NCBI GenBank assembly: GCA_947629985.1
Contig: CANRFV010000007.1
Coordinates: 3,439 to 67,438 of the forward strand
Source of the DNA: an uncultured Clostridia bacterium
GTDB taxonomy: Bacteria; Bacillota; Clostridia; Christensenellales; CAG-314
Direction of reading: 5' to 3'
DNA: 64,000 nucleotides
Positions 18,587-27,944 of this stretch are shown here, one piece after another. The translations under genes and the position numbers were made by a program. The notes beneath the pieces are model-generated. The model saw nothing but the letters and a program-made list of their open reading frames with translations, had not been told where the DNA came from and did not search any database. The first letter of the stretch is position 1. Each line of letters begins with the position of its first letter.

Positions 18587-20179
18587 ATGGCAGAAATCAA
18601 AAATATCCCGCAGGAAAAATTTAAGTTTGTCGGCGACAAAAACCTGTCGCACGACGTCAAGTTGGAAACAAAACCACGCAGTTATTTGCACGACGCTTTC
18701 AGCCGCTTTTGCAAAAACAAAGGTTCGGTTGTTGCCGCGTGCGTAATTGTGGTATTGGTTTTGTTTGCAATAATTACCCCGTGGTGTACGCCGTATCAGG
18801 TGTCGTACAACGACCCCAACTTTGCATTTGCATTGCCCAAATCGCATTTGTTTGAAAACACGAACTTTTGGGACGGCTGTGCGGTAAAGAGAGTGGGTTT
18901 TCACGACTTTATTATCAACTACGCTATCAGCACCGAACTTAACGACGCCAAGGAAGGCAACGGCGGACACAACGTTATCAAGAACGAAGAGTACGAAGTT
19001 GTAACCGACGACGCAAGCGGCTCTACGCTGTACGTGTATCGCGAAGACTCGTACCACAAATTGGGCACGATCTACAAACAGGTAAACGTAGAAGAATACG
19101 AAATGATACAAAAGTATCAGGACGAAACGGGCAATCAGGTAATTTACCCCACCGTTCGTCCGAGCGATCGCCCCAAGGCAAGCCAGGACAACAACAACGC
19201 CAATTACTATTTCAAGACGCAAATGGTAAACAACAAGACGGAAATAGTGCTTGACGACAACGGCAACGTAATACCCGTTTATTGGCAGCAACCCGCTGCC
19301 GACATCAACGACGGATACCATTCGCTGCGTATCGAAGGACAGCAGGGTATCCAACGCGACGGCACAACTTATTACAACGTTTACGCCAGAAATGTTGCCG
19401 GCGGCGACGTGGAATTGCGCATAAATTACTACGAGTATTACATTTTCAGACACGCGTACGTGCTTAAAGACGGCATTACCGAACCGTACTTTGTGTTCGG
19501 CGCAACCGACTCGGGCAGAGATATACTTACGTGTCTGGCAAGCGGCGCTCGGTTCAGTTTTATATTTGCAATTGCCATTGCGGTTGTAAATATGTTCATC
19601 GGCGCAATATGGGGTGCGATTGCCGGCTACTACGGCGGAGCAATAGACCTTACAATGGAACGTATTACCGACGTATTGAGCGCTATTCCTATGATGATAG
19701 TTATTACTTTGCTTAAATATCACATGGAAGAAACCAGCCAAATACTTATACTGTTCCTGGCGTTTATCGCAACGGGTTGGATAGGTATGGCAAGCACGGT
19801 GCGTATGCAGTTTTACCGTTTCAAAAACCAGGAATACGTACTTGCGGCGCGCACGTTGGGCGCAACGGATTGGCGGGTAATGTGGAAACACATCTTCCCC
19901 AACAGTTTGGGCACGCTTGTTACAAGTTGCGCGTTGGTAATTCCCAGCATGATATTCTCGGAAACAAGCCTTACGTATTTGGGCATTATCAGCCTTACGT
20001 CGGGTAACATTACAAGCGTAGGTACGCTTATTGCCGCGGGACAACCGTTTTTGACAAGTTTCCCCCATATAGTTGCATTCCCGTCGGTATTTTTGGCGTT
20101 GCTTATGTTAAGTTTCAACCTATTTGGCAACGGATTGCGGGACGCATTCAATCCTACGTTGCGAGGATCGGAGGGTTAA
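18587..20179 (+). CDS. oppC: Oligopeptide ABC permease OppC, copy 1, with large extracytoplasmic loop
   Basis: FGATDSGRD, EYVLAARTLGA, KHIFPN, GNGLRDAFNP. Confidence 0.92.
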   Translation: MAEIKNIPQEKFKFVGDKNLSHDVKLETKPRSYLHDAFSRFCKNKGSVVAACVIVVLVLFAIITPWCTPYQVSYNDPNFAFALPKSHLFENTNFWDGCAVKRVGFHDFIINYAISTELNDAKEGNGGHNVIKNEEYEVVTDDASGSTLYVYREDSYHKLGTIYKQVNVEEYEMIQKYQDETGNQVIYPTVRPSDRPKASQDNNNANYYFKTQMVNNKTEIVLDDNGNVIPVYWQQPAADINDGYHSLRIEGQQGIQRDGTTYYNVYARNVAGGDVELRINYYEYYIFRHAYVLKDGITEPYFVFGATDSGRDILTCLASGARFSFIFAIAIAVVNMFIGAIWGAIAGYYGGAIDLTMERITDVLSAIPMMIVITLLKYHMEETSQILILFLAFIATGWIGMASTVRMQFYRFKNQEYVLAARTLGATDWRVMWKHIFPNSLGTLVTSCALVIPSMIFSETSLTYLGIISLTSGNITSVGTLIAAGQPFLTSFPHIVAFPSVFLALLMLSFNLFGNGLRDAFNPTLRGSEG

Positions 20180-20183
20180 GGCG

Positions 20184-22364
20184 ATGGAGAAGAAGTTAGA
20201 AGTAAAGAATTTAGTCATATCCTTCCGAACGGACGCGGGCAAGGTGCAAGCGGTAAGGGACATATCTTTTGACCTATACAAAGGCGAGACGTTGGCAATA
20301 GTAGGCGAATCGGGCAGCGGCAAGTCGGTAACCAACCGAGCGGTAATGGGGATACTTGCAGGCAACGGAATGATCGAAGGCGGCGAGATAATCTACGACG
20401 GGCAGGACTTGGTACAGATCTCGGAAGAAGATTTTCACAAGTTGCGCGGAGACAAGATAGCGATGATCTTCCAGGATCCGTTATCCAGCCTTAACCCCAT
20501 AATGCGAGTAGGCAAGCAATTGACGGAAGCGATGTTATTGAAAGGCAGAGCGAGTCAGCGTAATGCCCGCAAGATATTCAACGGCAAGTTAAAGTTGCTT
20601 AATGCCGCCATGGACGAAGTAGCGCAAGGCGACTCTGCAAAGGTAAGCGAAAACAACGGCAAATGCCATACCTTCGATACTTTTTGCATAAACAGCACCA
20701 AGTTAGAGAGCAAGTACAACGAAATACACCGTGCGGCGGAAGAGTTGCAATTAGACATAGACGACTGTGTATTCTTGTTGGAAAAGAAGCAGAAAGTAGA
20801 TATTAAAGCGAAAGTAACGGCGTTTGTAAAGAGAGTAGACAGTACGTTGCATCCGGACATAGTAGTAAAGGACGAGCAATTGACCGAGTTGCTTGCGCAG
20901 TTATCCGAAAGCGGCAATGTTGCTTCTGCCAAGATACACGAAGGCGAAACGGGTTACGTAACGGAAACGTTAATACCGTTATTAAAGCAACTAAGCGGCA
21001 TATTGGGGCAAGCGTGTGCCAAGGACAAACCCAATTACTTTACGTTAGGGTATTATATGATGCGCAATCCCGAAGCGAATTTGGACAATATGCCCATAGA
21101 AGAACTTACGGAGATGACGCGCAAGTATCTTGACGAAGAGTTTATGTTAGGGTTTATTGACGACGGCGCGCAAGGGTTGCAGTACAGTCATAACAAGAGC
21201 ATAGCGTTAAAGAAAGAGTTGCTGACGGCAACGGACGAAGTATTGGAATATTTCCGCAACGAGCAATTGGACAAGAAAGTTGCATACGACAAAGTAAATG
21301 CAATAGCCAAGCAGGAAGAAGCGGCAATAGACAGGCTGGAAGTAATAAAGAACAGTGTGGAATACACATTCCGCAGCAGTATACATTCGGCATTGAAGAA
21401 ATACTTTGCGGGGTTAGCGAAGAACCCGAAGGAAGAGCGCAGATTCGAGCGTCAGACAGCCAAGCGGGAAGCGTTAATAGCCAAGGGCAAGACGCCGGAT
21501 TGGAAGGTAGTACCTGCGGCGTTGTTCGACTTGGAGTTAGGCAGAAAGAATATTAGAGCGGTATTGCACTCGTTAAGGGCAAGCATACGTAAAGACTTGG
21601 ATAGCGACAGCGCATACGACGCCAAAGCGAAGATGGTAAATTTAATAGACTATCTTAAAGAGCAAGCGTCCGCGGTGGTATACAAAGTAACGCCCAAGAT
21701 GGCTAAAGCCAAAGCGTTAAAGTTATTGGAAGAAGTAGGCATACCCGAACCGGCAATAAGATACAGACAGTATCCGTTTGAGTTCAGCGGGGGAATGCGT
21801 CAAAGGATAGTAATAGCCATAGCGTTGGCGGCTAATCCGGACATACTAATATGCGACGAGCCCACTACTGCATTGGACGTAACGATACAAGCGCAGATAT
21901 TGGAACTAATAAACCGCATAAAGGCGGAGCGGCACTTATCTGTAATATTTATTACGCACAACTTAGGCGTAGTAGCGAACATGGCAGACAGGATAGCGGT
22001 AATGTATGCGGGCAAGATAGTAGAATACGGCACGGCAGACGATGTATTTTACGATCCGCGGCACCCGTACACTTGGGCGTTGTTGTCGAGTATGCCCGAC
22101 TTAGAGACCAAAGAGAAGTTGGAAGCGATACCGGGCACACCGCCGAACATGATCTTTCCGCCGAAAGGGGACGCGTTTGCGGCGCGTAACAAGTTTGCGA
22201 TGGAGATAGACTTTGAAGAGCAGCCGCCGATGTTTAAGATAAGCGACACACACTATGCGGCTACCTGGTTATTGCATCCCAACGCGCCGAAAGTAGAACC
22301 TCCCAAGATAGTAACGGACAGGATAGAGAGAATGAAGAAGAAGGAGGCGGAGAGCAATGGCTGA
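20184..22364 (+). CDS. oppD: Oligopeptide ABC ATPase OppD, copy 1, with ~390-aa helical insertion
   Basis: [35 protein letters not shown]; start at MEKKLEV. Confidence 0.92.
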   Translation: MEKKLEVKNLVISFRTDAGKVQAVRDISFDLYKGETLAIVGESGSGKSVTNRAVMGILAGNGMIEGGEIIYDGQDLVQISEEDFHKLRGDKIAMIFQDPLSSLNPIMRVGKQLTEAMLLKGRASQRNARKIFNGKLKLLNAAMDEVAQGDSAKVSENNGKCHTFDTFCINSTKLESKYNEIHRAAEELQLDIDDCVFLLEKKQKVDIKAKVTAFVKRVDSTLHPDIVVKDEQLTELLAQLSESGNVASAKIHEGETGYVTETLIPLLKQLSGILGQACAKDKPNYFTLGYYMMRNPEANLDNMPIEELTEMTRKYLDEEFMLGFIDDGAQGLQYSHNKSIALKKELLTATDEVLEYFRNEQLDKKVAYDKVNAIAKQEEAAIDRLEVIKNSVEYTFRSSIHSALKKYFAGLAKNPKEERRFERQTAKREALIAKGKTPDWKVVPAALFDLELGRKNIRAVLHSLRASIRKDLDSDSAYDAKAKMVNLIDYLKEQASAVVYKVTPKMAKAKALKLLEEVGIPEPAIRYRQYPFEFSGGMRQRIVIAIALAANPDILICDEPTTALDVTIQAQILELINRIKAERHLSVIFITHNLGVVANMADRIAVMYAGKIVEYGTADDVFYDPRHPYTWALLSSMPDLETKEKLEAIPGTPPNMIFPPKGDAFAARNKFAMEIDFEEQPPMFKISDTHYAATWLLHPNAPKVEPPKIVTDRIERMKKKEAESNG

Positions 22365-23643
22365 AAAGGAAGTATTGTTGTCGGTGCAGCATCTTGAACA
22401 ATTTTTCAAGATGGGCAAGCAGCAGTTGAAAGCGGTAAACGACGTATCCTTCGACATATACAAAGGCGAAGTATTCGGATTGGTAGGCGAGTCGGGATGT
22501 GGCAAGACCACGACAGGACGGTCCATAATTAGGTTATACGACATAACGGGAGGATCGGTATATTTTCGCGGGCAGCGGATATGTGCTGGAACCAGACGTT
22601 ACAAGGAAGCGATCAAGGTAGCGCGAGACAAACTGAAAGCGCAGGTAAAGGAACTGAATACCGAGAAAGCGAAAGAGACGGAAGGTATAACCGACGAGAG
22701 CGTACTCAAACAGATAGAAGAGAAATATGCTGCGGCGATAAAGGAGAAGGAAGCGGAGTTCAAGGCGGTAGCGGACGAGCAAAGCGAAGAGATACGCAAA
22801 GCGAAGTTTGACCACAAGAATTGCAACCGCGAGTATGCGAAAGCGCAGCAAAAGAGAGTAGACGACGAATATCTGCCGAAGATAGAGAGAGCGGGCACGC
22901 AGGAAGAGAAGGACGCTTTAACTGCGGAATACAGAAATGCGCGCAAGTTAGCGGGGAAAGACAGGATCACGAACAAGATACAGATGATCTTTCAGGACCC
23001 GATAGCGTCGTTGGATCCGCGAATGACCGTACGCGAGATAATAGCGGAAGGGTTGGTAATACGCGGAATAAAGGACAAAGAGAAGATAAACGAGATGGTA
23101 TTTAAGGTATTGGACCTTGTAGGTTTGGTACCTGAGCATGCCAACAGATACCCGCATGAATTCAGCGGCGGACAGAGACAGCGTATAGGTATAGCGCGGG
23201 CGATAATCTTAGAGCCCGAGTTGATAATAGCCGACGAGCCCATAAGCGCGTTGGACGTATCTATACAGGCGCAGGTAATAAACCTGCTGAACGAGTTGCG
23301 AAACAGATTAGGGTTGACGATACTGTTTATTGCGCACGACCTGTCGGTAGTAAAGTATTTCAGCGACAGGATAGCGGTAATGTATTTCGGGAACTTAGTG
23401 GAGTTGACGACGAGCGACGAGTTATTTGCGCATCCGTTGCACCCGTACACGAAGAGTTTGCTTTCGGCGATACCGGTGCCCGATCCGCACTACGAAAAGC
23501 AGCGCAAGCGTATAACGTACAATCCGATAGCGTCGCACGATTACAGTGTAGACAAGCCGAGTTTACGGGAAGTAAAGCCGGGGCACTATGTACACTGCAA
23601 CGACGAAGAGTTTGTGCGGTACCAAGAAGAACTGAAAGAGTAA
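22357..23643 (+). CDS. oppF: Oligopeptide ABC ATPase OppF, copy 1, with coiled-coil insertion
   Basis: GESGCGKT, IFQDP, FSGGQRQR, IADEPISALD. Confidence 0.92.
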   Translation: MAEKEVLLSVQHLEQFFKMGKQQLKAVNDVSFDIYKGEVFGLVGESGCGKTTTGRSIIRLYDITGGSVYFRGQRICAGTRRYKEAIKVARDKLKAQVKELNTEKAKETEGITDESVLKQIEEKYAAAIKEKEAEFKAVADEQSEEIRKAKFDHKNCNREYAKAQQKRVDDEYLPKIERAGTQEEKDALTAEYRNARKLAGKDRITNKIQMIFQDPIASLDPRMTVREIIAEGLVIRGIKDKEKINEMVFKVLDLVGLVPEHANRYPHEFSGGQRQRIGIARAIILEPELIIADEPISALDVSIQAQVINLLNELRNRLGLTILFIAHDLSVVKYFSDRIAVMYFGNLVELTTSDELFAHPLHPYTKSLLSAIPVPDPHYEKQRKRITYNPIASHDYSVDKPSLREVKPGHYVHCNDEEFVRYQEELKE

Positions 23644-23702
23644 CAAGACGATATCCACTCATAGGTATGGGTGGATATTGGCTGTAAAGAGCGAGGGGCA
23701 AA

Positions 23703-24251
23703 TTGAAGAGAGAAAAAGACGAACGAGAACAAAACAACACAACCGCGCCTGCCGCCGACAATGGATCGACCGTTGCCGATACTACGGAACCTGTTGACAA
23801 AGACAATACAACCGTTGCACAACAAAATTCGGTAAAAAAACCGGCGAACGACGGCAAACGCTGGTTGCCTTATGTTATTACCGCGGCGGCGCTTGCGGTT
23901 ATGGTTGTGCTTATCGGGTGGGTGCAAGGCGGCTTTTCCGATGCGGCGGCGCAAACGCTCGTGGGATATTGGAGCGACGCGTTTTTTGTACCCGGAATAC
24001 TTTGTGTTTGTTTTGGGCTGTTGTTGCTTGCAAGCAACGGCGGCGCATTCGATATGCTGTCATATGCGTTCAAGTCGCTGTTCAGACTGTTCAAAAAGGA
24101 CGTTGTCGACCGCAAATACGGCGGTTATTACGAGTATTCGCAAGCGCGCAAAGCAAAAAAACGTTCGTTTGCGTATATGCTGATAGTTGGCGGCGCTTAT
24201 ACTCTGGTAGGAATTGCCCTGTTGGTGGTTTATTCGGTGTGCTTTGACTGA
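23703..24251 (+). CDS. DUF3899-like small membrane protein
   Basis: SDAFFVPG...SNGGAFDMLSY pattern with three TM segments; typical at the end of opp operons. Confidence 0.7.
   Translation: MKREKDEREQNNTTAPAADNGSTVADTTEPVDKDNTTVAQQNSVKKPANDGKRWLPYVITAAALAVMVVLIGWVQGGFSDAAAQTLVGYWSDAFFVPGILCVCFGLLLLASNGGAFDMLSYAFKSLFRLFKKDVVDRKYGGYYEYSQARKAKKRSFAYMLIVGGAYTLVGIALLVVYSVCFD
23939..24136 (+). repeat. Inner inverted repeat, left copy
   Basis: 198 bp; 194/198 identical to the reverse complement of 24798-24995. Confidence 0.95.
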
Positions 24252-24626
24252 TTTGCCATTTGACCCTGCCCCAATGCGCGCACATATTACGATAACGTGT
24301 GCAAAAATTACTAAAGCACACATTGCTATATCTTGTACAAAACTGCTCAAACGCATGTTGCAGTAACTTGCGTAAAAATACACAAATGTTCATGGCAGTT
24401 ACCTGCGCACCGAATGTGCAAGCACATATTGCGATAACGGCAAGCGCTCATTGCGACAAACTGCGCAAAAGCAAAAATTATCAAAATAAAAACTCTCCTG
24501 CGAGTTGGCACGTTTAAGCGCCGTTACTCGACGGAGAGTTTTTTGCAGTTTAACAAGCGTAGAAAATTTATATTAACTTCTTTTTCCTTTGGGTGTTGCA
24601 CCCGAAAGTATAATTCACCGAACATA

Positions 24627-24659
24627 AAAAAGGGACGCAATTACCATTGCGTCCCTTTT
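24627..24659. terminator. Bidirectional Rho-independent terminator
   Basis: AAAAGGGACGCAAT-TACC-ATTGCGTCCCTTTT. Confidence 0.85.
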
Positions 24660-24667
24660 GCCGTTGG

Positions 24668-24995
24668 TCAATTGGCTGTTTGCGGGGGTAACACTTGGTA
24701 ATAGGCTATTAAAAATACTATTCCCACAAGCAAATATGCCGCTCCCACAATAACAAGATACCAAAAGGAGCGTTTCTTTTCACGGCGCGCCTGTGTGTAC
24801 TCGTAATAGCCGCCGTATTTGCGGTCGACAACGTCCTTTTTGAACAGTCTGAACAGCGACTTGAACGCATACGACAGCATGTCGAATGCGCCGCCGTTAC
24901 TTGCAAGCAACAACAGCCCAAAACAAACACAAAGTATTCCGGGTACAAAAAACGCGTCGCTCCAATATCCCACGAGCGTTTGCGCCGCCGCATCG
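24668..24995 (-). pseudogene. 5'-truncated second DUF3899-like copy with a different C-terminus (contains inner IR right copy 24798-24995)
   Basis: Same protein as the + copy over 65 codons, then diverges; in-frame TAG just upstream and first TM helix missing. Confidence 0.75.
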
Positions 24996-25115
24996 ACATT
25001 TTGCTAAAATATTGTTGCAAAACCGAGTTTATAGTTGATTGTGTATCTTTGCCGACTTGCTATCGCAATAAACTCAAAATAATTATTCGGCGATTGCATT
25101 AAACTCACAAAAACA

Positions 25116-25310
25116 TTACAATACCCCGAAAATTAACATTGCAATTACCGTTAACAGAATCAATATTATAATACAAGGCAGCACTATTACCAATATTGCG
25201 GAAACAATCATGGCAAAGCGATCATGTTTTTCTAACTGTGTAGACATGTATTCCTTATATTCTTTTTCCTTGTCTTTGTTCGGTTTTTTGATAATTTTAA
25301 AAAATTTCAT
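25116..25310 (-). CDS. Small membrane protein at the end of opp operon 2
   Basis: 64 aa, charged N-terminus plus long hydrophobic helix; ATGA overlap with oppF2 stop. Confidence 0.7.
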   Translation of the reverse strand: MKFFKIIKKPNKDKEKEYKEYMSTQLEKHDRFAMIVSAILVIVLPCIIILILLTVIAMLIFGVL

Positions 25311-26950
25311 TCGAGATTTTCGTTTTTTTGTACAGTCTCTGCGGAGCGGTTGACTTTTTTCTCAGTATTAACTTCAAACAAATATTCGCCATTTTCCATT
25401 TTTCTTTCCGGACGATGACAAGCAACAAAATGTCCCGGTTTGATTTCCACAAGAGGCGGCGGAACCCGTTTACATTCATCGCAAGCCATATAGCAACGTG
25501 TGTGGAATTTACAACCTTCCGGCGGAAAAATCGGGCTTGGAATGTTCCCTTCCAACAAGATGCGTTCTTTGTCGAGACTGTCTGCGTCCGTAGTGGGAAT
25601 ACTGCTCAATAACGCAAGCGTGTAAGGATGCCGCGGGTCATTGAATAATTCTGCCGCATCGGCACATTCGACAATATTTCCCAAGTACATTACAATAATT
25701 TTGTCGGAGATATATCTTACTACGGACAAATCGTGGGAGATAAACAAGTATGTAAGATTGTCCTTGTCCTTTAACTCTTGCAACAGGTTAATTATTTGCG
25801 ATTGTATAGATACGTCAAGTGCGGAAACACATTCGTCGCAAACTACAAATTTGGGCTGAACTGCAAGAGCGCGCGCAATACAAATACGTTGTCTTTGACC
25901 ACCGCTAAATTGATGCGGATAGCGATGCAGCATATAATCTTGCAATCCACACTCGTCCATTACATTTAAAATATATTGTTTTAATGCGTCCGTTCCGTGA
26001 GCAAACATCTTGTGTGTTACAAGTCCTTCTTCGATTATTTGCCCAACAGTCATACGAGGGTTAAGCGACGAATACGGATCTTGAAAGATTATTTGCAAAT
26101 CTCTGCGCAAAAAACGCATTTCGCTGTATTTAAGTCGTGAAAGATCAATTCCGCTGTCCAGCAAATTTTCATACTTTACAAATTCGGCATTGTCTGCAAA
26201 ACGCGCCTTTTCATCTTCTAACTGTTGTCTTATTGCAATTCGTAGTTCTTCAAGATGTTCAATTGCAAGGTTATGTTTGGCGTTTTCTTGTTCGATAGCT
26301 GTAATTTTTTTATCAATTCGCGCTTGTAATTTACAGTTGGTCGCTTTTGAACGCTTTTCTTGCAATAGTTCCGTTTTGGTACGATTCAACGCAATAGCAT
26401 TTTTGTGTCGAGCAATTTCCACGTGATTGGCGTGGCGTTTTTTCAGCAAATTTATCCCGTTGGTATTGTCGCTTACGGCCATAAATCCGCCAACAATGCT
26501 TGCTACGTCAGTAAGCGCCTTTTGCGCTGCACCTTTTAGTAAAATTTCTTGTTGAAGTTGAAAGAATGACGCTTCTTTGCCGAGTTTTTCACATTCATCC
26601 GTAATTTTATCCGCTTTTTCTTGCGCCTTGCGGTAGCGTTGAATGTATTTGTGTACGTGATTTAAAGTATCGTATACATAATGTGGCGCCACTTCGGAAC
26701 GGCTACGGCCATAATACATTGTAGTGCCTGCCGTTTGGTCGTATAATTGCAATATTACTCTGCCCAGCGTAGATTTGCCGCATCCGCTTTCACCGACAAT
26801 ACCGATCGTTTCGCCCTCGTATACATCAAAACTTATATCTTCGTTTGCACGAACATAAAGTTGATTACGTTGAAAAATGCTTTTTTTCGCAACAGGAAAG
26901 TATTTTTTTAAATTTGTTATAGACAGCAACTTTTTTCGTTCATCTGACAT
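25307..26950 (-). CDS. oppF: Oligopeptide ABC ATPase OppF, copy 2, with ~220-aa insertion
   Basis: GESGCGKS, IFQDPYSSLNP, FSGGQRQR, VCDECVSALD, GCKFHTRC; start MSDERKK. Confidence 0.92.
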   Translation of the reverse strand: MSDERKKLLSITNLKKYFPVAKKSIFQRNQLYVRANEDISFDVYEGETIGIVGESGCGKSTLGRVILQLYDQTAGTTMYYGRSRSEVAPHYVYDTLNHVHKYIQRYRKAQEKADKITDECEKLGKEASFFQLQQEILLKGAAQKALTDVASIVGGFMAVSDNTNGINLLKKRHANHVEIARHKNAIALNRTKTELLQEKRSKATNCKLQARIDKKITAIEQENAKHNLAIEHLEELRIAIRQQLEDEKARFADNAEFVKYENLLDSGIDLSRLKYSEMRFLRRDLQIIFQDPYSSLNPRMTVGQIIEEGLVTHKMFAHGTDALKQYILNVMDECGLQDYMLHRYPHQFSGGQRQRICIARALAVQPKFVVCDECVSALDVSIQSQIINLLQELKDKDNLTYLFISHDLSVVRYISDKIIVMYLGNIVECADAAELFNDPRHPYTLALLSSIPTTDADSLDKERILLEGNIPSPIFPPEGCKFHTRCYMACDECKRVPPPLVEIKPGHFVACHRPERKMENGEYLFEVNTEKKVNRSAETVQKNENLE

Positions 26951-27932
26951 TTTTCTGTCTTTCCTCCTTACTTGGATAAAAACATCTGACCAATTGCCCC
27001 GGGGCAACTTCTTCCAATATTGGTTCTTCGTCTATGCAACGTTGAGTGCAGTATTTGCAGCGTGGAGCAAATTTACATCCCTTGGGAAGCGCCAATGGGT
27101 GCGGTACCGCGCCCGGGATCGGCTCCAACTTTGTACTGATATTATCTAAGCGCGGAATACTATACATTAGACCTTCTGTATAGGGGTGGCTTAATGCACA
27201 ATTGCTGAATATTACTCTTGCAGAGGCTTTTTCCACAACCTGTCCGCAATACATTACAACTACATCGTCTGCCATTTCGTTTATTACGCCGAGATCATGC
27301 GTTATAAATATAATGGAGGTGCCATTTTCGCGTTGAAGATCGTTCATCAGTTTAAGAATCTGCGCCTGTATCGTTACGTCCAATGCCGTTGTAGGTTCGT
27401 CTGCAATTAAAATTTTTGGTTTGCAAGCAAGCGCCATTGCTATCATTACGCGTTGACGCATACCGCCGGAAAGTTGGTGCGGATACTGACGCGCAACCGC
27501 TTCCGGGTTGGGAATTTGTACGGCATAAAGCATTTCTATTGCTTTTTGTGCGGCTTCCTTTTTGGTCATGTTTTGATGTATCATAAACGGTTCGCTTAAT
27601 TGTTTAGATACGGTAAATACGGGGTTTAAACTTGTCATCGGTTCCTGAAAGATTACGGAAATTTTGTTTCCCCTTATCTGATACATATCTTGCAATTTAA
27701 GTTTGGTAAGGTCGGTCCCTTCAAACATTATTTCGCCGTCTGCAATATAACCGTTGCCGTCCAACAATTGCAATATGCTCATTGCCGAAACGGATTTGCC
27801 GCTGCCCGATTCGCCTACTACGCCGAGCGTTTTGCCTTCCTGCACTTCGTAACTTACGTCGTTAACTGCTTTTACAATGCCTTTGCGTGTTTTGAAATAG
27901 GTATGGAGATTTTTAACTTCAAGTAATGCCAT
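26940..27932 (-). CDS. oppD: Oligopeptide ABC ATPase OppD, copy 2
   Basis: [34 protein letters not shown]. Confidence 0.93.
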   Translation of the reverse strand: MALLEVKNLHTYFKTRKGIVKAVNDVSYEVQEGKTLGVVGESGSGKSVSAMSILQLLDGNGYIADGEIMFEGTDLTKLKLQDMYQIRGNKISVIFQEPMTSLNPVFTVSKQLSEPFMIHQNMTKKEAAQKAIEMLYAVQIPNPEAVARQYPHQLSGGMRQRVMIAMALACKPKILIADEPTTALDVTIQAQILKLMNDLQRENGTSIIFITHDLGVINEMADDVVVMYCGQVVEKASARVIFSNCALSHPYTEGLMYSIPRLDNISTKLEPIPGAVPHPLALPKGCKFAPRCKYCTQRCIDEEPILEEVAPGQLVRCFYPSKEERQKNVR

Positions 27933-27944
27933 AATGTTTACCTC

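Noticed and set aside
24255-24480. Functional repeat array in the inner spacer
   Set aside because: Only two to three degenerate GCACATATTRCGATAACG-like copies; too weak to call.
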